Notes: generated from the sequence alone by a model not told the origin. Positions 23,306-37,015 are shown, counted from the stretch's first letter. The stretch is 64,000 bases of DNA from Octopus sinensis (GCF_006345805.1 NC_043010.1:52514001-52578000), one strand, 5' to 3'. Program-made: numbers and translations.

Positions 23306-26300
23306 GACCACGTATCCGAAAATTGAACCAAATCCTGATTGAAAAATCAGTTACTGGATCAAATCTTCCCAACACACAGGAGCTGGACGAACCCCACAAC
23401 CGGAATATTCCAACAGATGGCCATCCATGCTCATCACCAAATAATCAAAAGAAAAAGAAGGAAAAATGGTCTAGGGAAGATAATAAAGAAGTTCTCGAGG
23501 CCTTCTACCATGCCATATATTTCCCCACAGATAAGTCTAGCACTGTACAAGCATACTTAAACTGGAGACAGAAACACCCTGAAGTAAGACCCTACATAGA
23601 CAGTAACAAGCTTGCCAATGTTAGAAGAAACATTATAAAAAAGAAATTACTGACTGAAGTAGAGATTGATCAGGTTAGACAAGCAATATCGGATAAAATG
23701 AACGAAGCTGCAGCTAGAGAAGATAATACAGAGGAAATGATTATAGACCAGCCCAGGGCGGATAAAAACGAAGAGAGGATTGAAAGAGTTAGTATAAGTG
23801 ATAGGCAAAGTGAAATACGCCCTGAACCAATCATAAACACTAAGACAGATGTGCATCAAATAGATAAAGAAAGTCACACAAATATTGACCCAACAGAACT
23901 ACATGAGCTAAAAAATCAAATCATGATTGAATGGCTGAAATTAAGAAACCAGCATGGATGAGCGTGATACACTTCCTAAAATCCGCAACTCTCACCAAAA
24001 CATGAAAATAATTGGTAAAATCCGGCTTGCACTTAAGGATATAATTCAGTTAATGATGTTGATATCACAAACCTCAACCACCTATACTATGCATCCGCGA
24101 AAATCTCAACGATCCTATGTGGTGTAAAGATTAGAAAACGGCAACAGTCCCACAAAAAGCCTTCTTGGCAAGAGCGTCTGCAACAACAAATTAAAGTATT
24201 TAGATCTGACATTGATATTTGAAAAACCTTAAGGCTCACAAGGCTACCAAACCTACAAAAACCCAAAAATTACTGAAAAAATACAATATGAAAACTATAC
24301 TTGATATTGATGCCACCATAGAAACCATCAAACAAAAGGTATCTGCCAAAGCTACCCGCATAGCGAGGTATGAAAGCGTGTTAGATTTTTCAAGGACAAC
24401 AACATGTTCAAAAAAATAACACCAAGAATTTTTACAGGAAGATAGGAAAAACAGCGTTTACTGCAGGGTCTGTACCATCAAAAGAAGAAGTGCAGAGATT
24501 TTGGAATAAAATCTGGGCAGAAGAAAAAACACACAACGAAAAGGCCCCCTGGATTGACAGAATATCTACAGAACTGGACCCCTTAGAAGAGCAAAAGTGG
24601 GAGGGTGTCAAGGTAGAAGATATAAGATCTGCTCTCAGGAGGTCAAGCAAATGGAAGTCTCCAGGAAAGGATAAAATTCCTAACTTCTGGCTGAATGCCT
24701 TCCCAGAGAGCCATGAACTGCTAACAGACTGTACAATGATGTTCTGCAACACCCTAGTAGGATGCCTCCTTGGCTAGTTAATGGGTTAACATTCCTGCTT
24801 CCAAAAAGTGAAGAAACAAATGAACCAAAAAACTATAGACCCATAACCTGCTTAACAACTATGTACAAAACTCTAACATCTGTCCTGACGGAATATACCT
24901 ATAGTTTTTTAACAGACAGCAGCATATTCCCTAATGAACAGAAAGGATGTAAACGTGGATCCTACGGCTGTAAAGACCAACTACTCATCAATAAGATGAT
25001 CTTAGAAGATTGTCACAAACGACACAAAAACTTATCAATAGCCTGGATAGACTATAAAAAGGCTTTTGATAGCCTACCACATAGCTGGATTAGGAAATGC
25101 CTTGAAATGTATAAGATAGCACCAACTCTGCGAAACTTCTTGACTGTAAGTATGAGATCATGGAGAACCACACTAACTCTGACAGTGACAGTGAATCCCT
25201 AAATGCTGGTGATGTAAAAATTTCGTGTGGCATTTTCCAGGGTGACTCACTGTCACCACTCCTCTTTTGTTTATCCTTAATACCTCTCTCAAAGCTGCTC
25301 AATGACGTGCAGTACGGGTATAAAATGTTTGATAAAAATATAAATCATCTCGTTTACATGGATGATTTAAAGCTTTTTGCAAAAAATGATCAACAACTCA
25401 AGGGCTTACTAGCGATAGTCAAACAATTCAGTGACGACATCAGAATGCAATTCGGCCTCGATAAATGTGCAAAGGCTACCTTTATCAAAGGAAAAATGAC
25501 AGACAACACTAACGTTAACCTTGACCAACAGAATGTCATAAAAGAACTAGACCCAGCGGAGAGCTACAAGTACCTAGGGGTAATTGAAGGGAACGGAATA
25601 AGGCATTCAGAGATGAAGGAAAGGATCAGGGAGAATGCTATCGAAGAGTGAGAGCAATACTCAAGACAGAGCTGAATGCAAGAAACAGGATCGAAGCAAT
25701 CAATGCATTAGCTATACCAGTCGTGACTTACAGTTTCAATATGTTAACTGGTCAATTACTGAAATATGTCAGCTCGACAGAAAAATAAGGAAACTGTTGA
25801 CAATGCATAGAATGCACCACCCTAAGGCAGATACAGAACGACTCTATCTGCCAAGAAAAGAGGGAGGCCGTGGTCTTTTACAACTGGCAATAACAATGAA
25901 GATTGCTACAATTGGCCTAGATACCTACCTGAAAAACTCTGAGGACTGGATGTTAAACTTGTCTCAAAACATGAAAACAAGAAAGCATCATACTCAGTCA
26001 CAAAACAGGCAAAGGAATATCTAAGTGAATTCCGAATACAACCAATTTCGGAATTAGAGATAGACATACAAGAAACAAGCACAGAAAAAGCTAGGCGCAT
26101 GAAAACCCGTGCCAAAACTGCGGCCTTAGATATTCTGAATAATAAATGGCAAGAAAAACCTCTCTACGGCAAATACCCAAAGAGAGCGAATAATGCAGAT
26201 ATCGACAAAGCCCTGACCCATCAATGGCTAATGGCCTCTGGCTTAAAATCTGAAACAGAGGGGTTTATCATAGCAGCTCAAGATCAATGCCTACCAACAA

Positions 26301-27125
26301 GAAACTACCAGGCCAACATATTAAAGATCAGAAGCAGTCCAACGTGTCGTGTATGCAAGCAACAAAATGAAACCATTGACCATGTGGTCTCCAAGTGCAG
26401 TCTTCTAGCGCCTACAGAGTATTTCAACAGGCACGATAGAGCTGCACAATATATTCACTGGGTAATCTGTAAAAACCTGGATTTGCCCCATGAAAAAAAC
26501 TGGTGGGAACACAAACCACCCCCAGTGCTTGCAAATGACCACATCTCACTCCTCTGGAACTTCACCATTCAAACTGACAGGAAGATAGATGCAAATAGGC
26601 CAGACATCATATTGAAAGACTTCAAACAAAGAACATGCCTCCTCATTGATATGACTGTCCCAATCGATATAAACGTATCTGTCAGGACCTACCAAAAACT
26701 GAGCAAATATAAAGATCTTGAATAGAAATCAGCAAAATGTGGAAGCTGAAGACTAAAACAATACCTGTTGTCATAGGTGCCCTGGGAATGATAGCAAAAG
26801 GGGCTGATAGCTACCTAACTCAGATACCAGGAAACCCAAAAATGGCAGAAGTTCAAAAGATAGTGCTCATGGGAACTGCTCATATCCTACGCAAAATACT
26901 CTCTATGTAACCTCAAGGTTAAAACAACCATAATTTTCGGTTTAAAAAAAAAAAAAAAAAAAAAACCTTTTTTTTTAGACATTCATTAGTACAACATCCC
27001 CACCCCCCAAATATATGGCACACTAGGCATAACAACAACATGAACTTCCAACCCTGTTTTCTCTTGAGGTCTCTGGGTGAGACTTGGAGCCAACTTGTAC
27101 AAATATAAAGCAAAAGTCAAACATA

Positions 27126-27126
<1 letters not shown>
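23303..27126 (+). mobile_element. Near-full-length R4/Dong-clade non-LTR retrotransposon (RT + CCHC + RLE), frameshifted
   Basis: N-terminal KWSREDNKEVLEAFY; RT motifs PGKDKIPNFWL, YRPITCL, AWIDYKKAFDS, GIFQGDSLSPLLF, YMDDLKL; CRVCKQQNETIDHVVSKC; RPDIIL..LIDMTVP..KY. (TAA)n on both flanks. Confidence 0.95.

Positions 27127-27200
<74 letters not shown>
27127..27200. repeat. (TAA)n tail; a matching (TAA)n tract lies at 23247-23302
   Basis: Direct reading. Confidence 0.97.
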
Positions 27201-27207
<7 letters not shown>

Positions 27208-27460
27208 CTCGGATTTTTTGCTTGGAATCAAGTACCTTGACCTCGATTAAATTGTTTTCATTTCTCAACTAGCAGAATCGTTAACACGCCAAACAAAATT
27301 CTGAGAGCTATTTCGTCCGTGTTTTCTTTCTGGGAAAAAAGAAAAAAAAAAGTTTGCAACATATTAGGAGGTCAAGGTACTTGATTCCAAGCAAAAAATC
27401 CGAGTTTTTTTTTTTTTTTTCTTAGTGAAAATCATGCGGGTGAAAGTATCAAATAATACT
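27201..27460. mobile_element. Remainder of a foldback MITE whose left arm starts at 23208
   Basis: 27208-27243 pairs with 27371-27405; 23208-23248 pairs with 27419-27461. Confidence 0.75.
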
Positions 27461-29424
27461 AAAATAACAGCCAAATTTCAAACAACTGCGATAACATAAT
27501 TCTGAGTAATTTTCCGCAGTAATATGACAGAGTAATTCATGTGAATGTGTACATTTCTTTCTTTTTTTTGTTGTTTTTTTTGGGGGGGGGGGGGTTGAAA
27601 GTTATAAAAAGTATGAGTGCAGAAACAACAGCAAACTCTTTTGAAAAAAAAAAAAAGTAAAATAGCAAAGAAATACTGTGACAAAGTGAAATTAAAGAGA
27701 ATCGTTTGACCAACTCAAAACATCGTGTTTGTAGATGGCTGTTATTTCTAGCATGTGGATAGCCTGCTTGAAGGCCAATGCCGTAGAATTGGGAAGGAAG
27801 GGTGTTGGTTGTTTTCTTTCTTTCAATATATTTCGTCTGCCGTACCTACATACATCTTTATTTTTTTTCTCTTTTATTTGTTTCAGTCATTAGACAGCAG
27901 CCATTCTGGAGCACCGTCTGGAAGAATTTTTAGTCGAATCGGCCTCGGTGCTTAATTTTCTTTTTTTCTTTTACTAAGTTACGCGTACATAAACACACCA
28001 ACACCTGTTATCAAGCGGTATAGGGGGAACACACACAAACATGTATATATAACGAAACATCGCCAGATCCCCTATACACATTACTCTGTCTCTTCACACA
28101 CACTAACAGAAGCACTTCACTTACACAACATACTGTCTGTCTCCCACACCCCATCAAACACACACGCACACACACACATCTACATCAATGCTTCACATGC
28201 ACGGTAACTTCAAAAGAACTTCCCTCGTCATACAATCGCTTTCTCTTAGTCTCTTTCGCTCTCATTACTTCAAAAGTTCTCGCAAGCCCATATGTAAAAA
28301 AAAAATTTTTTACGGAAATCGACGGAAAGGTCTACTAGAGACGAAAGATTGCCAGGGCGAAGTTTCGCTTGTCGTAGCACACTTCGCCTAGAGTTGAATA
28401 AAATAATCAATTGTGCGTTAAAGTTTCATATAAATATGTGATAATATTAACAATTAAACAGACTTACTAAGATATCTTTTGTGATACACAGTTGCTGCTA
28501 TATGTATGACTGGACCTTTCCGAAGCGAATGAAGTTTTGTATAAAGAGATTTTATAATAAGCGATAATGAAGTACTTTCACTTGCTGCAAATTTCTGGGA
28601 AACACACGCTATTCATGGAAATAAGATTTTTTTTCATGGTTGCTCGGCGTGCCTGCTGATAGCTGTGAGCCTATGTGTCAGAGAAAGAGAGAGAGAGAGA
28701 GACGGGGGGGAGAGAGATTGAGAGAGAGACGGGGGGGGGAGAGATTGAGAGAGAGAGAGTTTTCAAGTTAGTCTGTCGCTAGCTGTAATATCTGTGCAGT
28801 TGAGAACTAGTTCGGCAACTGAAATTTCATTATGTTATCGCAATTGTTTGAAGGCCAAGGCCGTTAGAAATTGAAATTTTACGAACACGATTGACAGTTT
28901 TCTGTCCATCCGCTCAGCATCTAGTGATATTCACCATTGACTCAACAAGCTCATCTCCTGGAATACTCAACATCCACCATGCTGCATCCCATGATTTCAA
29001 TGTAACTATTGCTTGGGTGGTTACATCATCATCATCGTTTAGCGTTCGCTTTCCATGCTAGCATGGATTGGACGGTTCAACTGGGGTCTGGGAAGCCAGA
29101 AGGCTGCACCAGGCCCAGTCTGATCTAGCAATGTTTCTACGGCTGGATGCCCTTACGTGCTATTTAATCTAGATCTATAACCCCCGTAGGTGCTATACTC
29201 TGGATGAGAATAGACCTTGGGACAATACTGGCTAAGAAGTAATTCCACACACATCAAAAGCTGACAGCACTCAGTCCAGGGCCCTATTACCAGAATCACG
29301 ACTAGATAGATTTTAAATCATTGTGTGAGAAATCTGAAATTTAAATTTAACAGAAACAAAGAAAATACACAGATTATGTTTAACTTATTGATTTTTCTTT
29401 TTTCATTATAAAAATATTAAACAT

Positions 29425-29790
29425 GCGCAGGAGTGACTGTGTGGTAAGTAGCTTGTTTACCAACCACATGGTTCCGGGTTCAGTCCCACTGCGTGGCACC
29501 TTGGGCAAGTGTCTTCTACTATAGCCTCAGGCCGACCAAAGCCTTGTGAGTGGATTTGGTAGACGGAAACTGAAAGAAGCCTGTCGTATATATATATATA
29601 TATGTATGTGTGTGTATATGTTTGTGTGTCTGTGTTTGTCCCCCTAGCATTGCTTGACAACCGATGCTGGTGTGTTTACATCCCTGTCACTTAGCGGTTC
29701 GGCCAAAGAGACCGATAGAATTAGTACTGGGCTTACAAAGAATAAGTCCCGAGGTCGAGTTGCTCGATTAATGACTGAAACAAGTAAAAA
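29425..29790 (+). mobile_element. SINE family B
   Basis: Match to other B copies. Confidence 0.9.
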
Positions 29791-30039
29791 GGAAAAAAAA
29801 AAAAGATGCATTTTAACCATTAATAATTAGGTATATCTATGTTTGAAACAGTCAGTATGATGCAACCCTAGGCAAATACAATGGTTTCAAACTTTGGCAC
29901 AGGCTAGCAATTTCAGGGGTGGGGGTAAGTTGTTCAAATCAACCCCAGTGTTCAACAGGGGTTCAACTTTATCTTCTATCCTGAGAGTTGATAAAGTTGA
30001 TAAAGCATTTCTTCCAGTGCAGTAAAAATTCTAGCAGAA

Positions 30040-30235
30040 ATGTCAGCATGCAGGGCAAAATGCTTAGCGATATTTCGTCTGTCTTTACGTTCTGAGTTCA
30101 AATTCCACCAAGGTCGACTTTGCCTTTCATCCTTTCGGGGTCAATAAATTAAATACCAGTTGCATACTGGGGTCGATCTAATTGACTGGTTCCCTCCCCC
30201 AAAAATGTCGGGCCTTGTGCCTAGAGTAGAAAAGA
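30040..30235 (+). mobile_element. SINE family A, alternative-tail variant
   Basis: Family A head and body, ending GGGCCTTGTGCCTAGAGTAGAAAAG. Confidence 0.85.
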
Positions 30236-30267
30236 AAAAAAAATTCTGCCTAGTCATTGCCTTACCC

Positions 30268-31405
30268 ATCATCATCATCATCATCATTTAGCGTCCGTTT
30301 TCCATGCTAGCATGGGTTGGACGGTTCAACTGGGGTCTGGGGAGCCCGAAGGCTGCACCAGGCCAGTCAGATCTGGCGTGTTTCTACAGCTGGATGCCCT
30401 TCCTAACGCCAACCACTCCGAGAGTGTAGTGGGTGATTTTATGTGCCACCGACACAGGTGCCAGACGAGGCTGGCGAACGGCCACGCTCGGATGGTGTTT
30501 TTATGTGCCACCGACACAGGTGCCAGATGAGGCTGGCGGACGGCCACGATCGGATGGTGTTTGTTACGTCCCCAAAGCACGGAGGCCAGTCTATGCGGTA
30601 CTGGCTACGGCCACGTTCGGATGATTTTCTTGTGTGCCACCGGCACTGGTCCACAAAGATACAAATTCCATTGATGTTCATCTATTTTGATTTGTTTTGA
30701 TTTGATTTGATTTGATTTTCACTTGCCTCAACAGGTCTTCACAAGTGTCACAAGAAGGAAGGTATGCACAGGTGGACTGACTACGTCCCAGGTAGGGGCC
30801 ACGGGTTATGGCCTGACTAGTCTTGCCGGGTCTTCGGATGGTGTTTTTATGTGCCACCGACACAGGTGCCAGATGAGGCTGGCGAACGGCCACGATCGGA
30901 TGGTGTTTGTTGCGTGCCCACAGCACGGAGGCCAGTCGATGCGGGACTGGCTACGGCCACGTTCGGATGGTTTTTCTGTGTGCCACTGGCACTGGTACCA
31001 CAAGATACAAATTCCATTGATGTTCATCTATTTTGATTTGATTTGATTTGATTTTCACTTGCCTCAACAGGTCTTCACAAGTGTCACAAGAGGAAGGAAG
31101 GTATGCACAGGTGGACTGACTACGTCCCAAGTAGGGGCCATGGGTTATGGCCTGACTAGTCTTGCCGGGTCTTCGGTTGGTGTTTTTATGTGCCACCGAC
31201 CAAGGTGCCAGATGAGGCTGGCGGACGGCCACGATCGGATGGTGTTTGTTATGTGCCCACATCACAGAGGCCAGTCGATGCGGTACTGGCTACAGCCACG
31301 TTCGGATGGTTTTCTTGTGTGCCACCGGTACTGGTACCACAAAGATACAAATTCCATTGATGTTCATCTATTTTGATTTGGTTTGATTTGATTTGATTTG
31401 ATTTT
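30268..31405 (-). mobile_element. RTE-type 3' region with about three tandem ~340-bp units and a (GAT)n tail
   Basis: Shares TTTCTACAGCTGGATGCCCTTCCTAACGCCAACC with the RTE fragment at 56585; ACAAATTCCATTGATG recurs at 30661, 31007 and 31347. Shorter relatives at 29020-29155 and 49443-49570. Confidence 0.75.
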
Positions 31406-31659
31406 GATATAACAAATATATTACAGTCAACTGAACATTTCATAAAGGAAAGTCGTTTGTAAGGCAATCAAGGAAGGATTTTATTTTTCTCTATTTCTGA
31501 CCTAAATTTTAAAACTTCTGCTGTTGTTGATACAATGGTATGGTAAGGATATGATATGCTGTTGTTAGTTGCTATTGGATTTGTAAAAAGAAAAAGAATA
31601 AAGAAAGAAAACAGAGAAAAGAGAGTGAGAGAGAGAAGAAAAATTGAAGCTTTTAAAAT

Positions 31660-33560
31660 TTAATTCTGTATTAGCCACTAAAGCTCACATAGAGGGACAA
31701 TACATGACAAACAAGAACAGTTAGGGGTCTACAACAGGGTTGAATGTGTGAATGGAAGAACAAAAAGAAATAACAAGATAAAAATTAGACATGGTATAAT
31801 GATGAGACAAGATGAAATGTTAAGCATGGAGACTCCACAAGCCATGAACCAGCACTGCTCTCATACAGAAGACTATGGTAGTATGCTCAAATTGGCCACA
31901 TTCATGCTCAATGATCGCGCCACTTGCATCCATCTAGTCCTGAACACACATGGCGCTAACAACTTTCTCTCTGGAGCTTATTTTTCTTTGCAGGTGGTAT
32001 GTAAAATAGTTGTAAAATAGTTTATTAACCCTTTCATTACTGTATTTATTTTGAGATACTCTGTTTTTCTCTCAATTATTTTAAATACAACAATGAATTT
32101 AGTAAAATAACTGAGTTATCATTAATCTAGTGTTAGGAACATTAATTGTGACTAAGGTTTGGTGAAAGATTTTAATTCAAAGCTTATGAAAACAAGACAT
32201 TTGTACTACAGATCCAGAGCCGGTTTCAGCTGGGTTGGTAATGAAAGGGTTAAACCCTGACCAGTGAGAAAGTTGCCCTTCTTAATTCTTTTCACTCTCG
32301 TCAAACACAGAAACTCTTTCACTATAGCCACCAAGCAGAGAAAAGTTGCCTACCTTTCCTGGCCAATCTTGATGTGGGACAATCTTGATGATGGACTCAG
32401 CTGACAACTGTGCTCCTTCCAGATGTGACAGGTGTTCTACATAAACCCATAGATCTGAAATCACTGGACACTGTACGGTAGCATGCAGAACAGTTTCGTT
32501 GCTCTGTTTGCATCTCAGACATGTCCACATGTCTGCACATCTGTGCCCGAAGAGTTTATTGTGAACAGGCAGAGCTCTTCAGTAGCACTGCCAGGCCAGG
32601 GATTTCAAGTAGTTATTCATGGGCCCTGGCCCAAAAGTCCTCCAGATCAGACTGGTGAGTTGACTGTCATCAAAACCTAGAGTCTCTCCCAGGACATCGT
32701 CGCACTTACCATCCACCAACCCTCTATAAAAGGATGAGGTGGAGTCCCCACTGCTCGCATTGCCCATTCGGCAGAGAAGCAAGAGAGCCAGATGCCACTC
32801 AGCTTGCCAAGCATCCAACCTAGGTCTACGTTTGATCCATGAGTTCAGTTCATTAAATGAGTTGAACTGTGGGAAGACTAGTTTCACGAAGAGTGACCAC
32901 ACCTGTTTACTGTTTAGGTAAATCTGGATATGTCTTAGCCTTAGCGCATGTCTGTGCATTTTCAGCCAAGTGATAGTTGACAGCAAATAGGGTGTCTGAC
33001 CAGTGGACTTCTGTCTTTCTACAAAAAGTGGAAAAGCAGCCACTCCAGCTTGACGAGACACAAATCTCAACAAAGCATAACAGCTAGGCAGTAGATGGTG
33101 ATGGATGCAATAAACACATTCACTAACCTCTGCCTTCTCTTTCAGGGACAGCTTCCTCTCAGCCCATTTCGGAGTGAGATTGGCCACCCTGCTCATAACC
33201 TCACTTCAGTTTCTGTCTATCTGGAGGTCCAGGCGAAACCAGACTCCATGCAATTTCACTAGGCCATCTGTCCAACGTCCTACAGACATTGTTAGATGGC
33301 ATCAACTTGCCTCTCTAGGTACCAAGTTGCAAGCTGACCGACTTACCACAGTTTATTTATGCCCCTGACACCTCTTCGTACTCCCTAATGGCATCATCTA
33401 CTAGATGAAGGTGTCTGTCACAGAATACGACTTGAGATATTTGCCTTGTCTTAATGTTTGTTGTCCTCTTTAGTCATATATCCGCTGCACTGGAAATCTG
33501 CAATGGCTCCATAACTAACCTCTCAGCTATAAACTTGGAGTCATAGTAATCTGTTACAGC
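31660..33560 (-). mobile_element. 5'-truncated, decayed Tx1/L1-clade ORF2 plus 3' UTR
   Basis: Degenerate catalytic region (SAADI), INCGKSVSLQLG, KSLAWQCY, CLRCKQSNETVLHATVQC, and C-terminal ERKLLAPCVFRTRW. Confidence 0.78.
32029..32249. mobile_element. piggyBac-type MITE inserted in the Tx1 fragment
   Basis: TTAA|CCCTTTCATTAC...GTAATGAAAGGG|TTAA. Confidence 0.92.
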
Positions 33561-33668
33561 ACTTACCTAGTGTACCTAATTATTTAGATCACCTGTGTGT
33601 ATATATATGAATATATATATATGTATATACTGTGAGTGGGTGTGTGTGTATATATATATATATATATT

Positions 33669-33700
<32 letters not shown>

Positions 33701-34338
33701 CATGTGTGCATATATATATATATATAATACAAAATGGGACAACAAAACATCCTGATAGACGATACAAAGAAAACAAGGATGGGTCATTCAAAGTTTTCTT
33801 TCCTCAGTCAAGTACCAGATTATCTTCACAATTTCGGTTGATTATACTTGAGATTGCTCCAATCTGGCCAGCCCCAAGGAAAAACTAAGCTAAGAGCATT
33901 AGATTCTTTGGAAGAAGGCAGCTAATGTATACAAAAACAAGAACGGAAAAAACGGACGTTACACAAATACCTTAAAAATAATAACAGGACATAACAACAG
34001 GTGTCTTTCGACTAAGGATGAATTAAATTAATCTGGCATATGTGGAAATGAAGCCTTACAGCAGGGATAGAAGATTTCACAAACACAGGGAGGAATATCG
34101 ATGTTGCACGGACAACGGCCAGACCAAGAAAGAAAGAACAGGCTTGGCCGAACGCCGGTGATGTGGGAAGAGAAGAGAGAGAGAGAAAGAAGTAGAAGCA
34201 GAAGAACAGAAGAATTAAAGCTGGGCAAGAAAAAAATGACAGGGACACAGTGAAAAGTGGAGGGAAAGTGAGCAAGAAGAGAAGGCAAAGAGAGGGGGAA
34301 CAAAAGAACAAAGAGTGAAATGAACAAATAAGCATGAA

Positions 34339-34369
<31 letters not shown>

Positions 34370-34894
34370 GTATATATTTTTTCTAATCCTTCAATCCCGC
34401 TGTCCCCTACCCATCTCTCCTCCTTCTGGGTGTCCAGCCTGCCATGATCTTTCTTTCTTGGCCTGACTGCTGACATCAACACCTCTTGTGTCCATCTCAC
34501 ATGTTCCTGCCTTTAGGCTTTCACTTCGTATATGACCCCTTAATTTGATTTGTTTTCAGTCAAAAGATGCCTGTTGTTATTTCTTGTTGTTTGTATTCGT
34601 AATTGTGTACCATGTTCTCTTTTATTTTTTTGTCTTTGTTGCCATACACATTTGCTAGCTTTCTTACAAAGGGGTCTAATGCTCTTAGCGTAGAATTTTT
34701 GGTGGGCAACCAGATCGAACCATCTCAAGTGTAGCTACTCGAAATGGTCGTGACTTCTGGGACTTGACTGATGAAAGAAAGTCAAGAAGGACCCATCTTT
34801 TTTTGCCTGTCCTTCTAATTGTTATTTCCCTTGTCTGCCTTTGTATCATCTATCTGTCCGAACATTTTAATGCCCTCTATTGCATTTTTGTTCT

Positions 34895-35017
<123 letters not shown>

Positions 35018-35023
35018 TATTCA

Positions 35024-35071
<48 letters not shown>

Positions 35072-35319
35072 CACACACATAATAATCACAGACTATATAT
35101 ATATGTATGTATGTATGTATGTATATAAGTTTCTTATATATGATGTCTAATCAGAAGGCTTTCATCAGCTAGCGACAATAGTATAGGACACTTTGCCAAA
35201 GTGTCATACAGTTGGACTGAACCCAGAATCATGTGGTTGGGAGATAAACTCCCTACCACATAGCCACATCTATGCTTAATCATTATCATAAATCCAAGGT
35301 GTAAAATATGCCTCCTCAG

Positions 35320-35375
<56 letters not shown>

Positions 35376-35771
35376 ATACATATCAAATACAAACACATGT
35401 ACATATAAGGATATACATCACAGAAAGACAGAATGGATTAAACAGAACAGAAGAAGACACATGGAAAGGAGAGTCATTGGTAAAGTCACAGGAAGTGTGA
35501 GAAAAGATTTCAGACACAAAGGACACTAAAATAACAATAATAAAGTAAAAAACAAGTACATTGTGTGTGTGATTATCTGGGGGCGGAGGGGAAAGGACCA
35601 TCCCTGAAATATAACAATAATAAAATTAACCATTAAGAGATAATAAAGTGGTAAAGACTATTTCTGTATGTATCAACTGTTTCTTTGTTTCTGTGAAGGA
35701 TCTAAATTACCCTGTGTATTTCGTGACAAAACAACTGGCTTCATTCTATACTTGAATCAGCCTCTATCTAA

Positions 35772-35971
35772 CCCTTTAGCATTCAAATTACTCACTCAAA
35801 TGTAATGCTTATTTATTCACATTGTTTTGAATTAATCAATTATTATCTTGTATTTTTTATATTTTTAGACTGACGCTGTATGGTAGGTGTGAGAGGCTGG
35901 GTCTAGTAATTTTACATGTAAGACAGAGAGAATATTTTGGGCTGGATATAGCAGGTTTAAATGCTAAAGAG
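35772..35971. mobile_element. piggyBac-type MITE, second family
   Basis: CTAA|CCCTTTAGCATT...AATGCTAAAGAG|TTAA. Confidence 0.78.
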
Positions 35972-36623
35972 TTAAAGTTGATTTATTACTGTCTAGTTTT
36001 TGAAGTAATTATTAGTGAAAAATAAGTGAGTACCCCACTGCACCCCAAAGACTTGCAAGATAGTGTAAATTTCCCACATAATTTCCGAGAACATGATCAA
36101 GAACAAATTAATTAAACCCCGAAAATCTAACTTATGTAGGTATCCTGATCTGAAACTCTGCCTGCATGTACACAGATTGATAATGAAAAAGACATTATAT
36201 TAAAACTTAATTATAGGGGTCTTACTGTCGAGGGCTAAGAAAAAAACCCCGAATACGATTGAGTAAATGGATTGACGAAAGTAAAGAATACATACACCCG
36301 GTGGTTAGGGTTTAGGTTTAGGGTTAGGATTACGGTTAGGGTTTTTGTTACGCTGAAAACAAGTGGTGTATGTGTTCTTTACCTCTGACAATGAATTAGT
36401 TAATTGCGTGTTAAATTTTGATAAAAAAATATTGGAGAATATATACAAATAAAGAAACTTACTCTGCATAACTGGGTCTGGTGGAAGCAAATGAAGTCAC
36501 CGGTTGATTATGAATAAGATGTGATACTAAATTTTAATTATTGCGGTTTTACTGTGCAGGACTAAAAAAAAAATTTGAGAAATAATTGAATAAAAGAAGT
36601 GAGTTAAATATGGGAGTATATAT

Positions 36624-36702
<79 letters not shown>

Positions 36703-36807
36703 AGGGTAAAATTAATTAATCAATTTATAATTAATAATTCTACCAAGTAGTTTGTTATGTTAAAAGAACTATTATCGGTAAACTTATACATACATAAATT
36801 CTATAAT

Positions 36808-36983
36808 TATAAGCATAATTATAATTAGGGTTCAGCAAAATTGCTTCACCACATACTGAAATTTAGAAATAACAGATAAATACTATTTGACTACCATAAG
36901 ATAACTCCCGTATTTAACTGCTATTTCTATTTTGGTATGTGATGAAGCAATTTTGCTGAACCCTAATTATAATTATGCTTATA
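36808..36983. mobile_element. AT-rich MITE with ~48-bp TIRs
   Basis: TATAAGCATAATTATAATTAGGGTTCAGCAAAATTGCTTCACCACATAC and its inverse. Confidence 0.85.
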
Positions 36984-37015
36984 TTTAAAAATTTTTGTAT
37001 ATATATATATACAAA

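Noticed and set aside
30715-30745. CTGTTGAGGCAAGTGAAA (minus) as a hammerhead core; also at 31055, 49276 and 57070
   Set aside because: No stem II can form and the core is non-canonical.
30312-31376. Stack of overlapping ORFs and regularly spaced repeats, checked as a CRISPR array or repeat protein
   Set aside because: Units are long and internally repetitive with no unique spacers, the context is eukaryotic, and there are no cas genes.
34752-34780. CTTGACTGATGAAAGAAAGTCAAG and an inverted relative at about 33790-33812
   Set aside because: Could be decayed hammerheads, but stems II and III are missing, so the call is unsupported.
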